Source of the DNA: an uncultured Trueperaceae bacterium
GTDB lineage: Bacteria > Deinococcota > Deinococci > Deinococcales > Trueperaceae
Assembly (NCBI GenBank): GCA_963727505.1
Contig: CAVSGP010000006.1
Span: 128,001-192,000 of the forward strand
Direction: 5' to 3'
Length of the DNA stretch: 64,000 nucleotides
Shown: one piece after another, positions 33,443-43,246 of the stretch
Numbering within the stretch: position 1 is the stretch's first letter
Layout: each line of letters starts with the position of its first letter
The notes under the pieces: generated by a model
Databases searched by the model: none
What the model was told of the DNA's origin: nothing
What the model saw: only the letters and a program-made list of their open reading frames with translations
Made by a program: the position numbers and the translations under genes

Positions 33443-35470
33443 TCAGGCGCGGCGCGTGCGGGTCAGGCTCTCGCGGGCGGCGTCGACCACGTGTTGTGCC
33501 GTGAAGCCGTACTCCTTCATCACACGTGCGCCGGGCGCGGACCGCCCGAAGCGGTCGACGCCCAGGATGACGCCGGCGTCGCCGGCGTAGCGCTCCCAGC
33601 CGAGGGAGGCGCCGGCCTCCACGGTGACGCGCGCCTTCACGGAAGCCGGCAGGACCGCCTCCCGGTAGGCGGCGTCCTGCGCTTCGAACAGCTCCCAGCT
33701 CGGCAGGCTGATGACGCGCGCGCGCACGCCCTCCTCGGCCAGCGTCTGCTGCGCCTCCAGGCAGAGCGCCACCTCGGAGCCGGTGGCGATCAGGAGGGCG
33801 TCGGGATCGCCGTCGCCGTCCTCCTGCGAGAGTACGTAGCCACCCTTGGCTACGCTGCCTGCGGGCACGTCGAGCACGGGCACGTTCTGGCGGGTGAAGG
33901 CGAACGCGACGGGCCCGGTGCGGTGCTGCATGGCGGTCGCCCACGCCTGCGCCGTCTCGTTCGGGTCGGCCGGGCGGATCACGGTGACGTTGGGGATCGC
34001 GCGCAGCGCCATGAGCTGGGCGATCGGCTGATGGGTAGGGCCGTCGCCGCCGAGGCCGATACTGTCGTGGGTGAACACGTAGAGCACCGGCTGGCCCATG
34101 AGGGCCGACAGGCGCAGGGCCGGGCGCAGGTAGTCGGAGAAGATCAGGAACGTGGCCACGAAGGGGCGCACGCCGCCGTGCAGGCTGAGCCCGTTGGCGA
34201 TGGCCGCCATGCCGTGCTCGCGGATGCCGAAGTGCAGGATGCGGCCGCCGTACGAACCACGTGCGATGGAGGCGGCGCCCACGATGTCGGTGTGGTTGGA
34301 CCCGGCCAGGTCGGCCGATCCGCCGATCAGCTCGGGTACCCGGGGCGCCAGGGCGTTGATCGCCTGCTGCGAGGCCTTGCGGGTCGCTAGCTGGGTGCCC
34401 GGTTCGAAGGTCGGCAGGTCGGCGTCGAAGCCCTCCGGAAGGTCGCCGGACAGGGTCCGTTCGAGCTCGGCGGCGAGGTCGGGGTGCGCCTGCCGGTAGC
34501 GCTCCATGAGCGCCTGCCATGCCTGCTCGGCGCGCTGCCCCTCCTCCTGGACGGCCCGGTAGTCCTCCGCGACGTCGTCGGGCACGGTGAACGGCTCCCA
34601 ATCGATGCCGAGGTTCTCCTTGGCAGCCTTCGCTTCCTCGTCGCCGAGGACGGAGCCGTGCACGGCGGACGTTCCCTGCTTGTGGGGTGCGCCGTAGCCG
34701 ATGATGCTGCGCACGCGGATGAAGCTGGGGCGCAGCACCTCCCGCCGGGCCTCGGATACGGCTGCCTGCAAGGCCGCCACGTCGTTGGCGTCGTCGACGG
34801 AGGCAACATGCCAGCCGTAGGCCCGGTAGCGCTCCAGGACGTCCTCCGAGAACGTGATGTCGGTGGAGCCGTCGATGGAGATGTCGTTGTCGTCGTAGAG
34901 CACGATCAGCTTGCCGAGACCGTGGTGGCCGGCGAAGGAAGACGCCTCGCTGGACACGCCCTCCATGATGTCGCCGTCGGATGCGATGACGTAGGTGTGA
35001 TGGTCGATCACGTCGAAGCCGGGTTGGTTGAAGCGCGCGGCCAGGTGGGCCTCCGCCAGCGCCATGCCGACGGCCGTGCTGATGCCCTGCCCGAGCGGGC
35101 CGGTGGTCGTCTCGACGCCGGGGGTGTGGCCGTACTCCGGGTGGCCGGGCGTCTTGCTGCCCCACTGGCGGTAGTGCTCGAGCTCGGCCATGGAGAGGTC
35201 GTAGCCCGTCAGGTGCAGGAGGCTGTACTGGAGCATCGAGCCGTGACCCGCCGACTGGACGTAGCGGTCGCGGTCGGGCCAGGCTGGATTCCTCGGATTG
35301 TGCTTCATCGCGTACCGGTACAGCAGGTAGCCGACCGGGGCCATGCCCATCGGCATGCCCGGGTGGCCGTCGCCCGCCGCCTGGGTGGCGTCGATGACGA
35401 GCGCTCGGATGGCGTTGATCGCACGCTGCTGGAGCGTGTCGTTGCTGCCCGTGGTGATGTTGTCGGTCAT
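33443..35470 (-). CDS. tkt: Transketolase
   Basis: [53 protein letters not shown]. Confidence 0.98.
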   Translation of the reverse strand: MTDNITTGSNDTLQQRAINAIRALVIDATQAAGDGHPGMPMGMAPVGYLLYRYAMKHNPRNPAWPDRDRYVQSAGHGSMLQYSLLHLTGYDLSMAELEHYRQWGSKTPGHPEYGHTPGVETTTGPLGQGISTAVGMALAEAHLAARFNQPGFDVIDHHTYVIASDGDIMEGVSSEASSFAGHHGLGKLIVLYDDNDISIDGSTDITFSEDVLERYRAYGWHVASVDDANDVAALQAAVSEARREVLRPSFIRVRSIIGYGAPHKQGTSAVHGSVLGDEEAKAAKENLGIDWEPFTVPDDVAEDYRAVQEEGQRAEQAWQALMERYRQAHPDLAAELERTLSGDLPEGFDADLPTFEPGTQLATRKASQQAINALAPRVPELIGGSADLAGSNHTDIVGAASIARGSYGGRILHFGIREHGMAAIANGLSLHGGVRPFVATFLIFSDYLRPALRLSALMGQPVLYVFTHDSIGLGGDGPTHQPIAQLMALRAIPNVTVIRPADPNETAQAWATAMQHRTGPVAFAFTRQNVPVLDVPAGSVAKGGYVLSQEDGDGDPDALLIATGSEVALCLEAQQTLAEEGVRARVISLPSWELFEAQDAAYREAVLPASVKARVTVEAGASLGWERYAGDAGVILGVDRFGRSAPGARVMKEYGFTAQHVVDAARESLTRTRRA

Positions 35471-35584
35471 GCTGCCTCCTCGTCGGGGCGCGGGGCCGAA
35501 CCGCTCCCGACCGACCCACCATAGCAGCGGCGGTCCGGGGCGCAGGTCACGTCGTCCACGCGTTCCCGAGCGGTCGAGCGGTCT

Positions 35585-36088
35585 TCAGGCCGTGCTCGCT
35601 TCGGCGTCCCCCTTGCGTTCGCGTCGCCGCAGGATGTCCTGCCGGACGCGCTCACCGGTCTCCCAGTGGCGCTTCTCCAGCGCGGTCTCCACCCGGAGCT
35701 GTGGCACGGGGGTGGGCCGGCCGTCCTCGCCGATGGCCACGAAGTTGAGGTGGCCGATGGTGCACAGCCGGCGCTCGCCGGTGATGGGGTTCTCGCCGTG
35801 CACCTCGCTGCGCACGATCATGCTGGTCCTCCCCGTCCAGGCGACGCGGCTCTTGAGCTCGACGATCTCGCCGACGTAGATGGGGTTGCGGAAGTCGACC
35901 GGCTCCGTCGAGGCCGTCACCGATGCCTGACGGCAGAAACGCACGCAGGCGACGCTGGCGTTGATGTCCATCCACTGAAGCACCACCCCGCCGAAGAGGG
36001 TACCGAGCGGGTTGACCTGGTTCGGGAACACCGTGTCGACGGTGACCACCCAGTCGGACACACGGATCTCGCTGGGGTCGATGGGCAC
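35585..36088 (-). CDS. Acyl-CoA thioesterase (hotdog fold, YciA-like)
   Basis: VFPNQVNPLGTLFGGVVLQWMD, VTAS, GRTSM, FVAI; TATACT 6 nt before the GTG. Confidence 0.92.
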   Translation of the reverse strand: MPIDPSEIRVSDWVVTVDTVFPNQVNPLGTLFGGVVLQWMDINASVACVRFCRQASVTASTEPVDFRNPIYVGEIVELKSRVAWTGRTSMIVRSEVHGENPITGERRLCTIGHLNFVAIGEDGRPTPVPQLRVETALEKRHWETGERVRQDILRRRERKGDAEASTA

Positions 36089-36093
36089 GGTTT

Positions 36094-36145
36094 CAGTATA
36101 GAGGGCCGGTATAGGGGGCCAGTACAGAGGGCCAGTACAGAGGCG
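36094..36145. repeat. 13-bp tandem repeat x4 in the divergent promoter region
   Basis: CAGTATAGAGGGC / CGGTATAGGGGGC / CAGTACAGAGGGC / CAGTACAGAGGCG. Confidence 0.88.
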
Positions 36146-36229
36146 CGGGCTCCCGGCGTTCGCGTTGGCCCCTTGTATACTCGGCGGCGACGCGGGAGCA
36201 CCACCCCCGCGGCTCGTGGAGGTTGAACC

Positions 36230-36817
36230 ATGGCAAGCCGAGCGCTCTCGACGACGCTCATCCAGCGGATCCTTCCCGACCGGCGAGACCGCAGCGCCTT
36301 GCGGGCCGCCCTGCAGGTCGTGGTCGGCGTGGCCTTCCTGGCCGCGCTGGCGCAGGTGCGCCTGCAGCTCGGTCCGGTGCCCTTCACCGGCCAGACGCTC
36401 GGCGTGCTGCTCCTGGGCACCGCGTACGGCCTCGGCCTCGGCGCCCTCACCACGGCGGCCTATGTGGCGCTGGGAACGCTCGGCCTGCCACTGTTCACCG
36501 GCTGGCAGGGGGGCCTCGCCCACCTGATGGGACCGACCGGCGGCTACCTGATCGGCTTCGTGCTGGCTTCGGCGCTGCTGGGCTGGCTGGCTCAGCGCGG
36601 ATGGGACCGGAGCTACGGCCGCACCGTCGGCGCCATGCTGTTGGCCGAGCTCGCCATCTATGTGCCGGGTCTGCTGTGGCTGCACGGCGTGCTGGGCGGG
36701 AGCTGGGCGCAGACGCTGGCCCTGGGACTGGTGCCGTTCCTGATCGGGGACGCGGTCAAGATGCTGCTGGCCGTAGGGTTGCTGCCGAGCGCCTGGCGGG
36801 CGCTGGGCGAGCGCTGA
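36230..36817 (+). CDS. bioY: Biotin transporter BioY (ECF S component)
   Basis: PVPFTGQT, GLPLF, GPTGGYLIGF, PFLIGDAVK. Confidence 0.95.
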   Translation: MASRALSTTLIQRILPDRRDRSALRAALQVVVGVAFLAALAQVRLQLGPVPFTGQTLGVLLLGTAYGLGLGALTTAAYVALGTLGLPLFTGWQGGLAHLMGPTGGYLIGFVLASALLGWLAQRGWDRSYGRTVGAMLLAELAIYVPGLLWLHGVLGGSWAQTLALGLVPFLIGDAVKMLLAVGLLPSAWRALGER

Positions 36818-36825
36818 GCGAGCGC

Positions 36826-37710
36826 ATGGCGAAGGGCGGCGCGGACGCCGAATCCGGGGCGCGTGCTGGTGCCGGCGCGGCCGCCGCTGCGGTGACCGAT
36901 GGAGCTGTGGCGCGAACGCAGCAGCGCGCGCGAACGCGCTTCGCCGCGTCGGCGCAAGCCTACGTGAACAGCGTGACGCACGCCCGGGGGGACGAGCTCC
37001 CGCGCCTGGTGGAGGCGGCGCGCTCGCGCCTGGGCGACCTCACGGGGTGCCGTGCGCTCGACGTCGCCACCGGCGGCGGGCACACGGCGCGGGCCCTGGC
37101 CGCGGCCGGCGCGCATGTCACCGTCTCCGACCTGACGCCCGAGATGCTCGCCGCCGCCGAGACGCACCTTCGTGAGGCGGTGCCGGGTGCGGCGTTGGAC
37201 TTCGTGGTCGCCGCCGCCGAGGCACTGCCCTTCGCAGACGGTGCGTTCGAGATCGTGAGCTGCCGCATCGCGGCGCACCACTTCGGCGACCCGCGTGCCT
37301 TCCTGGCCGCGGCGCGGCGCGTGCTGGCGCCCGGCGGGGTGTTCCTGCTGGTGGACAACGTGGCGCCGGAGGACCCGCGGCTGGGCGAGGCGATGAACGA
37401 GGTCGAGCGCCTGCGCGACCCGAGCCACGTGGAGGCCTACCGGGTGTCCACCTGGATGCGCTGGCTGGGGGAGGCGGGGCTCGAGCCCTACCTGCTCGAG
37501 CGCTTCTGGCGCGTCAAGCCGCTGGCCTCGTGGCTGCGGCGGGCCGACACCTCACCGGAGAACGAGACGGCGCTGCGGGCGTTGCTCGAGGGTGCCGACG
37601 AGGCGGTGCGGCGCTACCTGGTCGCGCCGGACGCCGGGGCGGGCAGGGCGTCCGAGCCCGAGCTCCGGCACGAGGTCATGCTACTGGCTGCGTCCGCGGG
37701 ACCGGTCTGA
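36826..37710 (+). CDS. Class I SAM-dependent methyltransferase (YafE-like)
   Basis: ALDVATGGGH, AEALPFADGAF, RIAAHHF, LRDPSHV. Confidence 0.92.
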   Translation: MAKGGADAESGARAGAGAAAAAVTDGAVARTQQRARTRFAASAQAYVNSVTHARGDELPRLVEAARSRLGDLTGCRALDVATGGGHTARALAAAGAHVTVSDLTPEMLAAAETHLREAVPGAALDFVVAAAEALPFADGAFEIVSCRIAAHHFGDPRAFLAAARRVLAPGGVFLLVDNVAPEDPRLGEAMNEVERLRDPSHVEAYRVSTWMRWLGEAGLEPYLLERFWRVKPLASWLRRADTSPENETALRALLEGADEAVRRYLVAPDAGAGRASEPELRHEVMLLAASAGPV

Positions 37711-38345
37711 GCCGACGTCGACGCGAGGGCGCGCTGTACCCTGGCGTCCCGAACGACGGAAACGCGCTCCCCAGCCTGAGCCGGGGAGCGCGCCGGTAAC
37801 CCGCCAGAATCTCGAGGGAACCCTGAGGTTCCTTCTGAACTCAAGAAGGCGGTCCTGAGTTACCCTCGACGGGTACCTCCACTGGTCTCTTTACTCGTAT
37901 GTATTAGGACCACCTCCTTTCCGTGGTGCGTCTACTATACCCCTGGATCGCGTCGCTGTCACGGGTTGGGGCTCACCGGGGGCTGTAGGCGATGACGTGC
38001 GCGCGGGCGCCCGGCGGAGACGGCGACCGCATGGCCCGAGGCAATGTGAAGCGGTGTCCGGACGATTCGAGGCGGGTTGGGAAGCGTTCGACGTGGTTGT
38101 CCTACACAGCGTGAGCGCTCTGGAGGACATCTGCCTCTTACCGTCGTGCCGGGCCAGGTGGATGGTGGCCTTGCGTTGCCTGACGCCAGCAAGTCGGTTT
38201 GGGGAGGGGGTGTGCTCGTCACCTGCGTGTTCTCAATGGGTTTTCAGGGAGAGCGTCAGGCGGACGGGCACGTGCTGGCGTGTCGGTGGCCCCGTGGTTC
38301 TCCTGACGGAGAGACCATCTCGCCGATGCAGAAGGGGGACCCGAA

Positions 38346-40025
38346 GTGTTGCGACCGTTCGGAACTCGGAATCGACGCCCAGCTGTCAGCCGTCTTCCCG
38401 TCCAGATTGTGGTCTCGGCGCTCGCGGTGGCAGCCCTCGCGCCTGTCGTATCGGCGCAGGCGTCTCCCACGGCATCGCAGCCGCCGAGTGAGCACGTGAT
38501 CTCCGCGGACGAGACGGTCGTCGACACCGACGCCGGCAGGTTGATGGGGGCTCGCTACGAGGGCATCTATGACTTCCGCGGTGTTCAGTACGCGCAAGCC
38601 GAGCGCTTCATGCCGCCCGAACCAGTGACGCCTTGGGATGGGATCAAGCCCGCCGTGCACTACGGGCAGAACTGCCCGGTCCCACCGATGACGTCGGTGG
38701 CCAACGGGGAGTTGTTCAATCCGCATCGCTACCTGCCGGAGAGCGAGGATTGCCTGTTCCTGAACGTATGGACGCCCGGCATCAACGACGGCGTCAAGCG
38801 CCCAGTCATGGTGTGGATCCATGGCGGTGGGTTCACGAACGGCTCGGGCATCGAGCAGGTCGTGTACGACGGCCACAACCTCAGCAAGCGGGGGGACGTG
38901 GTCGTCATCTCCCTGAATCACCGGCTCAACGTACTGGGCTTCCTCGACCTGTCCGCCTACGGTCCTGCCTACAGGTACTCCGGCAATGTGGGCATCATGG
39001 ATCTGGTTGCTGCGCTTCAGTGGGTGCACGACAACGTCGCGGCGTTCGGCGGCGATCCCGACAGCGTGACGATCTGCGGGCAGTCGGGCGGCGGCGCGAA
39101 GGTCGCGGCGCTCATGGGCGACCCGGCGGCCGAGGGGCTGTTCGAGAAGGGCATCGTTGAGAGCGGCGTCTGGGGCACTCTGTTCGCCGATCAGGCTTCT
39201 GCGCACCTGGTGGCGAAGTACACACTGCAGAATCTCGGGCTGACCGGTGATCAGGTCGATCGGTTGCGGGCTATCTCCTACGGCGAGCTCCTCGCTGCAG
39301 GGACGAAGGCCTTGACGCAGGTCGCCGATGCTGGGGCGGGGAGCTCGCGTTGGACTCCGGTGCTGGATGGGGATTACTTCCCTGTCATCCCGATCGGCGA
39401 TGCTTGGGCTCCTCAGGCGAAGGACATCCCGCTTCTGATCGGCAACGTCCTGAACGAGTTCCAGACGATCGTCACGAAGGATCCGGGGGACCTCTTCGCT
39501 GACAACAAGGATGATTGGAGCAACCAGAAGGTTCGCGAGATGTTGGCGAAGCGCTTCGGTGACAAAGCGGATGCGGTGGCGAAGGCGTTCCTCGCGGCCT
39601 ATCCGAACAAGACGCTCGCGGACGCCTACTTCCTGGACACGCTGTTCCGGCCGGGAACGATCCTCTGGGCGGACGCGAAGGCGCGACAGGGCGGAGCTCC
39701 GGTCTACAGCTACATGTTCACCAAGGAGTCACCGGTGATGGGCGGGATTGGCATGGCGTACCACTGCTCCGAACTGCCGTACGTGTTCGACAACGTTGGG
39801 TTGGTCCCGCAAGCGACCGGGGGAGACGCCGCAGCGTTCGCGCTGGCGGACAAGGTGAGTTCGGCCTGGGTGAACTTCGCTCGCGCCGGGAATCCCAGTG
39901 CCAGGGGTCTTCCTGATTGGCCGGCGTATACCTTGGGCACCAGGGCGACGATGATCCTGGACGACGTCAACCGGGTTGCCGACGATCCTGACGGGGCGTT
40001 GATGAAGGCAGCCGGCGCCCTCTGA
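38346..40025 (+). CDS. Type B carboxylesterase/lipase, probably secreted
   Basis: SEDCLFLNVWTP, WIHGGGF, GQSGG nucleophile elbow, AYHCSEL. N-terminal signal-like segment; start uncertain. Confidence 0.93.
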   Translation: MLRPFGTRNRRPAVSRLPVQIVVSALAVAALAPVVSAQASPTASQPPSEHVISADETVVDTDAGRLMGARYEGIYDFRGVQYAQAERFMPPEPVTPWDGIKPAVHYGQNCPVPPMTSVANGELFNPHRYLPESEDCLFLNVWTPGINDGVKRPVMVWIHGGGFTNGSGIEQVVYDGHNLSKRGDVVVISLNHRLNVLGFLDLSAYGPAYRYSGNVGIMDLVAALQWVHDNVAAFGGDPDSVTICGQSGGGAKVAALMGDPAAEGLFEKGIVESGVWGTLFADQASAHLVAKYTLQNLGLTGDQVDRLRAISYGELLAAGTKALTQVADAGAGSSRWTPVLDGDYFPVIPIGDAWAPQAKDIPLLIGNVLNEFQTIVTKDPGDLFADNKDDWSNQKVREMLAKRFGDKADAVAKAFLAAYPNKTLADAYFLDTLFRPGTILWADAKARQGGAPVYSYMFTKESPVMGGIGMAYHCSELPYVFDNVGLVPQATGGDAAAFALADKVSSAWVNFARAGNPSARGLPDWPAYTLGTRATMILDDVNRVADDPDGALMKAAGAL

Positions 40026-40228
40026 ATCGGAGCAGGTAGCGCCGGGCGGCGGGGGCCGGCGGTGCTGAAGCGGGTCGAATGGATCGAAGGACGGTTTCGG
40101 TCGACCATCGCGACGTCTGGCCGGCCGGCTTGAGGTCGGCCGGCGTTCGGGAGGTTGCGGGCACCGTTCCTGACAATGGAGCGGGCCGGCCACGAGGGCC
40201 GGCCCGCAAGCACGAGCGCGCGTGTGGC

Positions 40229-41686
40229 TCAGGGTTTGAAGACGAGGTAGCGGTAGTTGGTTTCGTCGGCGACGATCAACGCCTGGTCGGTCAGGAGGAA
40301 CCCTGCCGGGTAGTAGAGCGTGCGCGCGGTGGGGGTGCCGGCCGTGTTTGTCTGGCCGTCGTCGTTCTCGGTGACGTGCGTGAAGTCACTCTGGCCGAGC
40401 ACGTGAGCGGCGCTGGCGCCGTTCGTCGTGGGGATGCCGTCGAAGATCAGCACGCGGTTGTTGTCCGCATCGGCGACGAAGAGCTGGTTGCCGTTGCTCG
40501 CGAGGAAGTATGGAGTGTACATCCCGGCTGCGCCGGCAGCGGAAGCGTTGCTGGTCATGTCGGGCTGACCCACGACCACGTCGGCGGGCTGGGAGTTGCT
40601 GGTGGGGAAGGTGTTCCAGATCAGGACCCGGTTGTTGGCCTGATCAGCCACGATGAGGCGGGTGCCGTCCGACCAGACATCGCTCGGGTAGTCCAGCGTC
40701 GCGGCGGTGGCGTTGGTGCTATCGCTGCCGGCGCCGGCGTTCGCGTAGCAGCTGGTGAAGCTGCTCTGACCGAGCACGAGGTCGGGGGTGGCGCCGTTGC
40801 TGGTGGGGATGCTGTTGTAGATGAGCACCCGGTTGTTGTCGCTGTCGGCGACGATGAGCTTGCCGTTCACCGTGAAGATGCTCTCCGGGTCGTAGAGGCC
40901 CGTGGCGCTGCATGCGTTACCGCTGTTGCCGAAGGCGGTCTGGCCGACGACGAGGTCCGCCGGCGCCTGGGTAGTGGTCGGCACCGTGTTCCAGATGAGC
41001 ACGCGGTTGTTACTGTATTCGTCCACGAGCAGTTTACCGCCCGCGCTCATCACGGTCTGTGCCCCGTCCATGCCATCGGCGGTCGAGCTGGTGGCGGACG
41101 AGGTCAGGTTGGCCTGGCCGAGCACGAAGTCGGCACTGGCGCCGTTGCTGGTCGGGATGCCGCTCGAGAAGCCGAGCACCCGGTCGAAGCCATAGTCAGG
41201 GAGGTACAGCACGCCGTTGACGAGTGCCGGGTTGCCGTAGGGGTCCCCCACCGACGTCGCGGTCGCCGAGCCGGCTGCGGTGTTGGTGGACATGTCGGGT
41301 TGTCCGATGACCACCGAAGCGTTCTGGAAGTCGGTAAAGCTGAGGAAGGGGTAGACCAGGGTGAGCGTGATGGTCGAGGTACCGGCCCCCGAGGTGGCGG
41401 TGACCACGATGCTGTTGCTGCCGTCGGCCAGCGTGAGCGGTGCACTGAAGCTACTGCTGGTGTGGGTCGTGCCGCTGACGGCCGCGCCGTTGAGCTTCAC
41501 GCTCACGGCCGTGGCGGGACCGCCGCTGAGGGTGCCGGCGAGCGTCAGGCTGCGGCTCCCGACGATGCGTTGGCCGTCGGTGTTGGATGTCACGCTGATG
41601 GACACTTTGCTCGACGTCGAACAGCCGGCCAAGACCAGGGCCAATCCGAGAAGGGAAGCGTAGGCGAGTAGTTTCGGTCGCATCAT
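40229..41686 (-). CDS. Lipoprotein with Ig-like domain and NHL-type beta-propeller repeats
   Basis: Lipobox LAGC; about 6 repeats of [A/P]DxV[LV]GQ...P...L.VAD..NNRVLI[WFY]; GGAGG RBS. Confidence 0.9.
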   Translation of the reverse strand: MMRPKLLAYASLLGLALVLAGCSTSSKVSISVTSNTDGQRIVGSRSLTLAGTLSGGPATAVSVKLNGAAVSGTTHTSSSFSAPLTLADGSNSIVVTATSGAGTSTITLTLVYPFLSFTDFQNASVVIGQPDMSTNTAAGSATATSVGDPYGNPALVNGVLYLPDYGFDRVLGFSSGIPTSNGASADFVLGQANLTSSATSSTADGMDGAQTVMSAGGKLLVDEYSNNRVLIWNTVPTTTQAPADLVVGQTAFGNSGNACSATGLYDPESIFTVNGKLIVADSDNNRVLIYNSIPTSNGATPDLVLGQSSFTSCYANAGAGSDSTNATAATLDYPSDVWSDGTRLIVADQANNRVLIWNTFPTSNSQPADVVVGQPDMTSNASAAGAAGMYTPYFLASNGNQLFVADADNNRVLIFDGIPTTNGASAAHVLGQSDFTHVTENDDGQTNTAGTPTARTLYYPAGFLLTDQALIVADETNYRYLVFKP

Positions 41687-41947
41687 ATGTTGCCTCCAGA
41701 ACGCACGTTTTCGGCATGCTAGCATCCTCGGGGGCGCGGCTCGAAGGATCGAGGAATCACTCCCTGCCGAAGTGCCTGAATTGTGAGTGTTCCCTCACTT
41801 CAAGATTCGACCCCCGGTGCGACAGGGCGTCTCTAGATGAGCACTCTCCATGGATGTGCTGATCGAAGGAGCTCACCAGGCAGAGCCTCGAGCACATTGG
41901 GCCGCGCGTCGGGCGCCGCGACGGGTGCCGCGACACCCGCAGCGGCC

Positions 41948-43207
41948 TCAGTAGAGCAGTGCCAGCGCCGAGGGATCCTCCACCAGCTCCAGCAGCCGGT
42001 CGGCCCACGCCGCCGCCGCGCCGAGCTCGACGCGGGAACGGTCGAACGCCAGGCGCAGGGTCAGCGCGGTACGGACCTCCGGAGCGCCGTTGACGGCGAG
42101 GACGCGTTCGGCCAGCCTTCCAGCGACCAGGCTCACGACGCCCTCGTGCGGCGCGCTCTCGCCGGACAGCTCGGTGCGAGCGCGGGTGAGGTCGAGCAGC
42201 GAGAGCGCGGGAACGGATCCCGTCTCCGCCGGCCCGGCATCCCGCGCGGCAGCAGCCTCCCTTGCGCTCACGACGGCGGTCAGGCCGGCCGATGCGGCGT
42301 CTTCGAGGTGTGCGTCGCTCAGGGTGCCGTCTGCCACGCGGCGGTATCGCAGGCCGTGCGGGGTGCCTGCGTGGGTTTCGACCAGCGGGTTGCGCGCCCA
42401 CACGGCGGCCAGGAACCGCGCCAGCAGGTCGCCGACGTCGACCCCCGCGGTTTCGCCCGCCCCGCCTGTCGGCGTCCGGCTTTGCGCCCAGGCCACGACG
42501 GCCAGCAGCGGCGCGGCGTCGACCTCGCGGACGAACTCGGTCCAGCTTCCGGGTGCGCGCGGAACGCCGGCGGAGGTCGGGGAGGGGCGGATACCCCGCT
42601 CCGCCTCGCGCAGCACGTCGGCGGCCAGCACGGCGCCCTCCGGCCCGCTCCCCTCCAGCACGGTCACGTCCAGTCCGCGCTCCGACGCCAGACGCCGCGC
42701 CTTCGGGGACGCCGGGGTGAGGCGGTACGGGCCGGGGCGGTCGCTGGCGGCAGAGGGAGAAGTTCGTTGCGTGCCGGCCATCGCTGGGGTGCGGGTGGTG
42801 GTGGGCGCGCCCGTGGTGGGCGCCCCCGTGGTGGGCGCCCCCGTTCCGGGCTCCAGGGGGCCGTTGGCCCCCGGTCGCGGGGTCCCGGCCGGGGCCCGCT
42901 CGGGCGTGGCGGCGTCCGGTGTGGCGGCGTCCGGCTTTGGGGAGCGCGCGGAGGTATCCGCAGCCTCCCCTTCCGCGAGGATCACCGCGATGACGCTCCC
43001 CACCTTCACCTCGTCACCGGCGGCCGCGGTGACGCGCGCGAGCGTGCCGCTGGCGGGCGCGTCGAGCTCCATGGTGGCCTTGTCGGTCTCGACCTCCATG
43101 ATGGGCTCGCCCTCGTGGACCTGCTCGCCCTCCTGCTTGAGCCAGTTGAGGAGTACGGCGGTGTCCTGGTTCATCCCCAGGACCGGCATGATGACGTCCT
43201 TGGCCAC
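41948..43207 (-). CDS. Lipoyl-domain/E3-binding E2-like protein with degenerate catalytic domain
   Basis: Lipoyl motif EVETDKA, subunit-binding domain ASPKARRLA...GSGPEGAV. C-terminal LRLAFDRSRVELG replaces the canonical DHRxxDG. Confidence 0.85.
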   Translation of the reverse strand: MAKDVIMPVLGMNQDTAVLLNWLKQEGEQVHEGEPIMEVETDKATMELDAPASGTLARVTAAAGDEVKVGSVIAVILAEGEAADTSARSPKPDAATPDAATPERAPAGTPRPGANGPLEPGTGAPTTGAPTTGAPTTTRTPAMAGTQRTSPSAASDRPGPYRLTPASPKARRLASERGLDVTVLEGSGPEGAVLAADVLREAERGIRPSPTSAGVPRAPGSWTEFVREVDAAPLLAVVAWAQSRTPTGGAGETAGVDVGDLLARFLAAVWARNPLVETHAGTPHGLRYRRVADGTLSDAHLEDAASAGLTAVVSAREAAAARDAGPAETGSVPALSLLDLTRARTELSGESAPHEGVVSLVAGRLAERVLAVNGAPEVRTALTLRLAFDRSRVELGAAAAWADRLLELVEDPSALALLY

Positions 43208-43246
43208 GGCTCTCCTCTCGGGTCTAAGCGGGGCGCCTGGCGCGCA

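Noticed and set aside
37800..38340. ncRNA, tRNA or att site in the long intergenic region
   Set aside because: Only short imperfect palindromes. No cloverleaf, recognisable RNA motif, flanking direct repeat or credible CDS.
42795..42842. 15-bp coding repeat (GAPTT x3) in the E2-like gene
   Set aside because: Ordinary in-frame expansion of the Ala/Pro/Thr linker typical of E2 proteins.
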